A stretch of 64,000 bases of DNA from NCBI GenBank assembly GCA_035485735.1, contig DATHNS010000015.1, positions 38,881 through 102,880 on the forward strand. Reading direction: 5' to 3'. The notes beneath the pieces are model-generated. The model made no database searches. It saw only the letters and a list, made by a program, of their open reading frames with translations, and was not told where the DNA came from. This document shows positions 57,539 through 64,000 of this stretch, in pieces (the first letter of the stretch is position 1; each line of letters begins with the position of its first letter). The position numbers and the translations under genes were made by a program. The stretch is from Ferruginibacter sp. GTDB taxonomy: Bacteria > Bacteroidota > Bacteroidia > Chitinophagales > Chitinophagaceae.

Positions 57539-58432
57539 TTAAAAGCGATAACCAAATTTGGCATTAAACTGCACAATTGGTGTGCCAGCGTGGTTTTTGT
57601 TATTGCTGACATTATAATCAAAACTATGATCCTCATTGTAATCATTGTTATAGAAAGTAACACCCAGACCTAATTCAGCTCCCAGGTACAGATGTTTCCC
57701 AAGCATGAAATTAAGTCCGTTGTTGATCATTAAACCAAGCTTTAAAACGGGTTTGCTGGCGGTTGCATAGGAATATACATCTGTCGAATCAGTAAATGAA
57801 TACTGGCCCTCCGCAAAATATCTTCTGCCAAAGCCTATGGCTAAAGACGGGCCAACGCTATAACTGATCCGGCGTTTACTTCCTAAAGGATAAAATTTTA
57901 CGCCGGGATACATATAAAAGAAAGCATGCGTGCTATAGTCGTAGTAATCGTCGCCATTACTAATATTGTAAAAAGACAAGGTTGCGGGTAGATAAAAACT
58001 CCATGTTCCGGCATCATTTAGCATGTGCTCGTAATGTATTCCAATTCCCGGAAAAGCATTATCGGTAGAACCAGTATTCATACCGGTTATTTCACTCACC
58101 TGAATAAAGGCAAAAGAAAGAATGTTTTTTCCAAACCGGGTATTTCTATTTATAGTAAACCTTGAAGAAATAAAATGATGAACTCTTCCATTGTTTCCCA
58201 TTTCTTCTACTGTTCCATTTGCAAAAGTGATATTTTCTACCTCTTTGCGATATATCACGTACTCAGGGCCATCGGGATTGTCAGTTTTTTTGTATATGAT
58301 CTCTTTAGGGGTTATTTTTTCTACTTTAGCTTTGATTGCAAGACTATCTCTCGTAAGGATAATATCCTGCGCATGTACATGAAGAGCGCAAGCGCTTAAC
58401 AAAAAAACAAATAACAATCGAGCTATTTTCAT
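57539..58432 (-). CDS. Hypothetical outer-membrane protein
   Basis: Signal peptide, D.I.......I.AKV..I....I.YK domain, alternating beta-strands ending FGYRF. Confidence 0.7.
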   Translation of the reverse strand: MKIARLLFVFLLSACALHVHAQDIILTRDSLAIKAKVEKITPKEIIYKKTDNPDGPEYVIYRKEVENITFANGTVEEMGNNGRVHHFISSRFTINRNTRFGKNILSFAFIQVSEITGMNTGSTDNAFPGIGIHYEHMLNDAGTWSFYLPATLSFYNISNGDDYYDYSTHAFFYMYPGVKFYPLGSKRRISYSVGPSLAIGFGRRYFAEGQYSFTDSTDVYSYATASKPVLKLGLMINNGLNFMLGKHLYLGAELGLGVTFYNNDYNEDHSFDYNVSNNKNHAGTPIVQFNAKFGYRF

Positions 58433-58518
58433 ACAGCTGGTGTGGGTTTAATAAACTGAAAAGGCTATTTAGTATATATACTATGTAGTAAACGAAAAGG
58501 TTGGGTAAGAAATTGTAA

Positions 58519-59160
58519 TTATAGTAAAACTCGCAACATTAATGCAAACCCGGTATCTTTTTTAGGATTATCTTTTACAGTCACAACGTGCAAACCCATA
58601 TTTGTCCATACTTTAAATACATCGCCTTTTTTATGGCTTTGGATGGCTACATCCAGTTGAGGCAACATTACACCCCTGCAAAACCATCCCAGGTCGCCAC
58701 CCTTGCTTCCGCTCGTATTATCTGAGCTATAGGTAATAGCCATCTCTTCAAATGTGGCACGCCCCGATTCTATTTTACTAATGATCGTATCTGCCAGCGC
58801 ATTTACAAACTTCTTCTGAAATGTAGTTGTATCCAATAAAATATGTGCCACATGATAAAATGTGTTAGAAGCTTTTCCTAATATTTCCAATAAATAACTT
58901 TTGCCGTTCTTTGATTTAAAAGGACCGTATACATTGCCCACTTGCCCATAATATGCAATGCTATCTCCAAAATTTACAAAAGAGCTCGTACTTACAATGC
59001 TTACTGTATCTACCTTGTACGTCTTTTTTATTTTAAATTTTACATAGCCCAACGGATCTTTTGAAGCAGCTAATTCCGTTTTTATCTGCACAACGGTCTG
59101 CGCTTTTGAAACGGCAACTACAAATAACAGTAAACAACAAAGAAAAAACAAAGTGCGCAT
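58519..59160 (-). CDS. Parvulin/PpiC-type peptidyl-prolyl isomerase
   Basis: HILL, FEEMA..YSSD, GGDLGWF, GLHVV. Confidence 0.85.
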   Translation of the reverse strand: MRTLFFLCCLLLFVVAVSKAQTVVQIKTELAASKDPLGYVKFKIKKTYKVDTVSIVSTSSFVNFGDSIAYYGQVGNVYGPFKSKNGKSYLLEILGKASNTFYHVAHILLDTTTFQKKFVNALADTIISKIESGRATFEEMAITYSSDNTSGSKGGDLGWFCRGVMLPQLDVAIQSHKKGDVFKVWTNMGLHVVTVKDNPKKDTGFALMLRVLL

Positions 59161-59165
59161 TGTTG

Positions 59166-61283
59166 TTACAATTTTAATTTTTTGATTATCTCATTTACTT
59201 GTTTCTTAAAAATATCAAGGTTTTTCATTTCCTGCTGAATGAAACTATTTTCTTCCAAGGAGCCTATTACCTTGTTCATTTCCTGGTTATTATCATACAC
59301 CATTTTACGAAACTCATTGGAATAATCTTTAGCTCTTGAATTATAGATCCCGTCACACATCCATGTTTTTGTTTGTACTGCCTGTTGTACCAATTGCTTG
59401 AAAAATTCAGCCGTAAATTGTTTGGGTGTAATATTCAACACCTCTAATAAACTGGTGTAAGCATGTGTTATTTTATCTACCCCATACGCTTCTCCCTGCT
59501 GATGATAAAAATTATGCAATTCATCCCAACCTTTTATTTTGCCAGATTTTACTTGTCGCTTTGCCTTTTCAACTTCCGTCTTTTGAATTAATTGTCCGCC
59601 GATATTCAACCATTCGCTTCGCTGTACTTTAGCTGAAAGCGTCTTTTTAAAACTATCAAAATCCTTAAAACTATTTCCTTGAATATGCAATAACAGTTCA
59701 ATCGTACCATAATAACGGATCAGTTCTTTAAAAAGATTGATCGATTGCGGTACTTTAATTATATCTGTTTCGCGATGCGTATTTTCCCAACCTGTCACAG
59801 TTGCAATTCCTTTTTCATTCGGCTGTAACTTTTCAAGCAATTGTAATGAATCAAACAACTCGTTGATGGTATCCGGTGCTAAATAATCATATTCCAGCAA
59901 TTGCGTTTTTTCTGTACGAAGATCGCGGGCCTCGTATTTCCAGGTATTACGCGCCAGTGCATACATATTATACATGAACCAATAACCGGGCATTACGATC
60001 AGTTTATCGTGCGTTACATCATTACTCACCAAACTAAAAGGTATAGGTATATTTAATTCTGCAGGATAATCCCCTTTTGTAAGAATAGTAAACGAAGCGA
60101 ACTTTGAATTGTGTTTTAAACTCACGCATAAGCCTGGCCAAAAACCACGGCCAGCAATGATCTCGCCATCCGGACTTCTACTGTTATGATTGCTTCCTAT
60201 AGTGGCGCCTGCGGCAACATTACTTTGTCCCATTAATAGTGACGCACATAAAAAAGAATTATTATGATGCTGTTCATGCCCCGGAAATATCAATGAATTT
60301 AAAACTTCACAGCAGGAAATAGTAGAATTATTCCCTAAGTATGAGTTGATCAAACGCGCACCATATTTTAATTGCGAATGTGATGCCATCACAAAACGAA
60401 CCGCTTTAACACCATAGAATATCCGACAGCCGAAACCCACTATCCCATTTACCATTTCGCAACCTTCTCCAATTTGTGACCTGCGTTCTTTATCACTATT
60501 GATGGTGAGGTTCTTTAGTTTATTAGCTCCTTTTAGATACGCATCGCTGCCTATCCAAACATCCTTAACTATTTTACAATTTTTGATAACGGTTCTATCA
60601 CCCACTTTACCATAATAACCTCTTTGTTTATCAAATTTATTTTCTGTAAACTCTTTGAACTTATCCAACAATGCTTCATCATCCCTGTACTTGCTCCATA
60701 AATAAGCATCGCCCGGCAACATGCCATTAAATGGAATTACCTGCCGGCCGCCATTTTCATTACATATCTCCATCCAGGTGCGTAGGTTTTCATCTTCACC
60801 TTCTTTTAAAATACCATTACCAAATTTGGAAATATCTGTAGTCGCCAGTTCATTTACATTTACGATCATCACATCATTGCCAATAATATAATGGCTTACA
60901 TAACTCACATTATCTATACAAACATTGTCTCCAAAATCGCAACTGATGATTGTGCTGTTATATAAACCAACAGGCAAACGCAGGTTATGAAATTCGATAT
61001 AATAAGGCTCTAATTTACCGATGCGAATTAGTCCGTAAAATTTGCAATTTTTTACCAGTTCAGGATTAAAGGAATGGGAGACAAATATTTTATTCCAATC
61101 GTCAGATGTATTGCGATTGTGTACCAACACTTCGATCTCCTGCGATGTAAGCTTACGGTACTCAATACCACTGCGGTTTTGCATATCACGCAGGTGATAT
61201 TCATCCTTGCCTTTAGGTATATATTTTGGATCTATAAAACTGTAACCAAGCGAAGCAACCGGATATTTTTTTATAATATTCAT
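59166..61283 (-). CDS. DUF4954-family protein (left-handed beta-helix region)
   Basis: YR.LT..EI.VL..N.N, SNVAAGATIGSNHNSR..DGEI.AGRGFWPGL, DYLAPDT. Confidence 0.85.
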   Translation of the reverse strand: MNIIKKYPVASLGYSFIDPKYIPKGKDEYHLRDMQNRSGIEYRKLTSQEIEVLVHNRNTSDDWNKIFVSHSFNPELVKNCKFYGLIRIGKLEPYYIEFHNLRLPVGLYNSTIISCDFGDNVCIDNVSYVSHYIIGNDVMIVNVNELATTDISKFGNGILKEGEDENLRTWMEICNENGGRQVIPFNGMLPGDAYLWSKYRDDEALLDKFKEFTENKFDKQRGYYGKVGDRTVIKNCKIVKDVWIGSDAYLKGANKLKNLTINSDKERRSQIGEGCEMVNGIVGFGCRIFYGVKAVRFVMASHSQLKYGARLINSYLGNNSTISCCEVLNSLIFPGHEQHHNNSFLCASLLMGQSNVAAGATIGSNHNSRSPDGEIIAGRGFWPGLCVSLKHNSKFASFTILTKGDYPAELNIPIPFSLVSNDVTHDKLIVMPGYWFMYNMYALARNTWKYEARDLRTEKTQLLEYDYLAPDTINELFDSLQLLEKLQPNEKGIATVTGWENTHRETDIIKVPQSINLFKELIRYYGTIELLLHIQGNSFKDFDSFKKTLSAKVQRSEWLNIGGQLIQKTEVEKAKRQVKSGKIKGWDELHNFYHQQGEAYGVDKITHAYTSLLEVLNITPKQFTAEFFKQLVQQAVQTKTWMCDGIYNSRAKDYSNEFRKMVYDNNQEMNKVIGSLEENSFIQQEMKNLDIFKKQVNEIIKKLKL

Positions 61284-61290
61284 TCTTTAT

Positions 61291-61369
61291 AATGGTTAAT
61301 GGTAAATGATAAATGGTAAATGATTTATAAACGCTTGCACGCTACATTTACCATTAACCATTAATAATT
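61291..61369. repeat. Heptamer-arm palindrome (AATGGTA family) between glmS and DUF4954
   Basis: AATGGTT AATGGTA AATGATA AATGGTA AATGATT ... ATTTACC ATTAACC ATTAATA. Confidence 0.88.
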
Positions 61370-63204
61370 TATTCTACCGTTACACTCTTAGCAAGGTTTC
61401 TCGGTTTATCAACATCCACCCCTTTAGCAACACCTACATAATAAGATAATAATTGCAAAGGAATAACGCTTAGCATCGGCGCCATTATTTCATCTGCATG
61501 CGGTACATAATACACATCATCTGCGAGTCCGGGTATTACCTCATCACCTTCTGTAACGATCGCGATTACTTTTCCTTTACGTGCTTTTATTTCCTGGATA
61601 TTGCTAACAATTTTTTCATGGTACATATCTTTTGTTGCCACAAAAACAACCGGTAGCTGATCATCTACCAGTGCAATAGGGCCATGTTTCATTTCTGCTG
61701 CAGGATAACCTTCAGCATGTATGTAAGATATTTCTTTCAATTTTAGTGCCCCCTCCAAAGCAATAGGGAAATTATATCCTCTGCCAAGAAATAGTGCGCT
61801 CGGTGCGGTCTTGTATTTTTCCGCGATCAGTTTGATCTGATCGGCACTTTTTAATAACAACTCAACTTTTTCAGGAATAGCATCCAGCTCCGCTAATAAA
61901 TTAGTGTATCGTTCGTGAGAAATGGTATTTTTTTCTTTGGCAATTTTTAGGGCCATCATGGTCAGTACCACTAGCTGCCCGGTAAATGCTTTTGTAGAGG
62001 CCACGCCTATTTCAGGGCCAGCATGTGTATACGCCCCGCCATCACTTATCCTGGCGATAGAAGATCCAACCACATTTACTACACCAAAAATGATCGCGCC
62101 TTGCTCTTTGGCTTTTTCGATCGCCACTAAAGTATCTGCCGTTTCACCACTTTGAGATACGGCTATAATGATATCGCCTTTATTAATAACCGGATTACGG
62201 TAACGGAACTCTGACGCATATTCCACCTCAACAGGAATACGGCAAAGTTCTTCGATAATATATTCGGCTACCAAACCCGCGTGCCAGCTGGTTCCACAGG
62301 CAACAATAATAATGCGGCCCGCATTTTTAAATGCATCGATATTTTTTTCAACGCCACTCATTGTGATCGTTCCGGCAGTCGCGTCTAACCGGCCACGTAA
62401 GCAATCATAGATCGTGCTGGGTTGTTCAAATATTTCTTTCAGCATGAAATGGTCGTAACCGCCTTTTTCGATAGCCGCCAGTTCCATATCAAGCTTAGTA
62501 ACAAAAGGGGTGATCTTTTCGTTACCTAAATTTTTCAATATCAATTGGTCCGGTGTGATGATCGCTAATTCATAATCATTCACATACACCACTTCTTTTG
62601 TGTATTCCAACATCGGCGATGCATCCGAACCCAAAAAATGTTCGCCTTTACCTATGCCAATTACCAGCGGGCTCCCTTTTCTTGCTGCGATAATTGTATC
62701 AGGCTTGCTTTCATCCAATAACAGGATAACATATGCTCCCGTAACTCTTTTCAAAGCGATCCTCACCGCCTCTTCCAGGTCGCAATGATTATTTTCTTTA
62801 ATGTCCTCAATAAAATTTAATAAAACTTCTGTATCAGTATCACTTTTAAACGTGTACCCTTTTTTGGTAAGCTCTTGTTTTAACTGCGCATAATTTTCAA
62901 TGATACCATTGTGTATCATGGCCAGCTTGCCACTTGCAGAAGAATGCGGATGCGCATTTCTATCACTTGGTTCGCCATGTGTGGCCCAACGCGTGTGTCC
63001 GATGCCGGTATGAGAATGAAGATCTTTACCCACCAATGTTTCTTCTAATTCAGCAACGCGGCCCTTTTTTTTGTAGACTTTCAAACCGCCATTCAATAAG
63101 GCAACACCTGTGCTATCGTAGCCCCTGTATTCTAACCTTTTTAATCCTTTGATCACGATCGGGTAAGCTTCTCTATAGCCCGTGTATCCTACAATTCCAC
63201 ACAT
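61369..63204 (-). CDS. glmS: Glutamine--fructose-6-phosphate aminotransferase
   Basis: MCGIVGY, LEYRGYDS, GHTRWATHG, SQSGETADT, KPRNLAKSVTVE. Confidence 0.99.
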   Translation of the reverse strand: MCGIVGYTGYREAYPIVIKGLKRLEYRGYDSTGVALLNGGLKVYKKKGRVAELEETLVGKDLHSHTGIGHTRWATHGEPSDRNAHPHSSASGKLAMIHNGIIENYAQLKQELTKKGYTFKSDTDTEVLLNFIEDIKENNHCDLEEAVRIALKRVTGAYVILLLDESKPDTIIAARKGSPLVIGIGKGEHFLGSDASPMLEYTKEVVYVNDYELAIITPDQLILKNLGNEKITPFVTKLDMELAAIEKGGYDHFMLKEIFEQPSTIYDCLRGRLDATAGTITMSGVEKNIDAFKNAGRIIIVACGTSWHAGLVAEYIIEELCRIPVEVEYASEFRYRNPVINKGDIIIAVSQSGETADTLVAIEKAKEQGAIIFGVVNVVGSSIARISDGGAYTHAGPEIGVASTKAFTGQLVVLTMMALKIAKEKNTISHERYTNLLAELDAIPEKVELLLKSADQIKLIAEKYKTAPSALFLGRGYNFPIALEGALKLKEISYIHAEGYPAAEMKHGPIALVDDQLPVVFVATKDMYHEKIVSNIQEIKARKGKVIAIVTEGDEVIPGLADDVYYVPHADEIMAPMLSVIPLQLLSYYVGVAKGVDVDKPRNLAKSVTVE

Positions 63205-63309
63205 ATTTTATGTCCTTTTTTTGATAAGAAATTATTAACCCGGCAACCGCAATACTATTGAGCTTTGTCAGACTCAGCAACAAACCCGTAACCGGTTGTG
63301 CAATTTAGC

Positions 63310-63360
63310 AAAAATGCTTTACTTTATAGCCCGTCCAGCACGATAAAGTAAAGCATTTTT
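63310..63360. terminator. Perfect 18-bp inverted repeat after mgtE (terminator or operator)
   Basis: AAAAATGCTTTACTTTAT / ATAAAGTAAAGCATTTTT with a 15-nt GC-rich loop. Confidence 0.65.
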
Positions 63361-63380
63361 TATTGTACGTTTTAATCCTT

Positions 63381-64000
63381 CTAGTGGATCAAAAGCCCTT
63401 GTAAAAAAACATAAGCAACCGAGAAATATATTACGATCCCTGTTACATCCACCAGAGTAGCTACAAATGGCGCCGATGACGTGGCAGGATCCAGTTTCAG
63501 GCTTTTCAAAATTATCGGTAACATGGAGCCCATCAGGCTTCCCCATAATACAATGCCAATCAGTGAAAAGAAAATAACCAGTGCTACCCTTTCAGAATAC
63601 ATACCGTAATCATACAAATGCAAGTGTTGCCAAAGCATAATGCGGAAGAAACCGATCGTTCCCAATATTAATCCAAGCATAACGCCGGACATCAATTCTC
63701 TTCTCATCACTTTCCACCAGTCAAATAATTTTATTTCACCCAGCGCCATTGCCTGTATGATCAGAGTAGATGCCTGCGAGCCACTATTTCCGCCACTACT
63801 CATGATCAAAGGAATGAACAGTGCCAGTACCGTTGCAGCTTCTATTTCTTTGCTAAAATGCTGCATGGCTGTGGCCGTCAACATTTCACTTAAAAATAGA
63901 ATGATCAGCCAGCTGGCTCTTTTTCTTACCAGCTTGAAAATATTCATGTTCAGGTAAGGTTCATCCAATGCTTCCGTTCCCCCGATCTTTTGAATATCCT
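63381..64000 (-). CDS. mgtE: Magnesium transporter MgtE, C-terminal part (runs off the window edge)
   Basis: [49 protein letters not shown]; frame stays open to 63998. Confidence 0.95.
   Translation of the reverse strand, partial: DIQKIGGTEALDEPYLNMNIFKLVRKRASWLIILFLSEMLTATAMQHFSKEIEAATVLALFIPLIMSSGGNSGSQASTLIIQAMALGEIKLFDWWKVMRRELMSGVMLGLILGTIGFFRIMLWQHLHLYDYGMYSERVALVIFFSLIGIVLWGSLMGSMLPIILKSLKLDPATSSAPFVATLVDVTGIVIYFSVAYVFLQGLLIH

Noticed and set aside
63205-63380. Canonical glmS ribozyme
   Set aside because: The loop has GTGCTGGAC, loosely like GCGCCTGGAC, but the GACGAGG core and P2-P4 elements are absent.
95-63957. Numerous antisense or alternate-frame ORFs (e.g. 95..583, 7500..7688, 19252..19533, 21361..21558, 40740..40961, 51087..51371, 63319..63546)
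   Set aside because: They lie opposite or inside well-supported genes or repeats and have no recognisable motifs; treated as shadow ORFs.
1-64000. tRNA/rRNA genes, integrase, transposase, prophage, frameshifted pseudogenes
   Set aside because: No cloverleaf or GTTCGA T-arm in an intergenic gap, no recombinase motifs, and all recognisable genes look full length (mgtE is cut only by the window edge).

Overview
AT-rich bacterial chromosomal segment. TAnnTTTG promoters, absence of Shine-Dalgarno sites, T9SS type-B C-terminal domains and gene content point to Bacteroidota, most consistent with Chitinophagaceae. About 57 protein-coding genes, mostly core (dapD, tsaC, DEAD helicase, mutS, ruvX, def, ribH, pdhA, recF, folP, ndk, lepA, secDF, iscA, lpxK, rsmD, glmS, partial mgtE). 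Accessory genes are interleaved: two large T9SS-type-B surface proteins, a lipoprotein built from a type-B CTD, a TPR protein, an orphan gene between duplicated terminators, tandem DoxX paralogs and an RGG-rich secreted protein. I found no tRNA, rRNA, CRISPR array, integrase or transposase. The most striking unexplained structure is non-coding: about a dozen intergenic arrays of 7-nt units (one of 8-nt units) in several sequence families. They are usually arranged as imperfect inverted arms around a short spacer and often begin at a stop codon. All family assignments come from motif recognition by eye; no searches were run.
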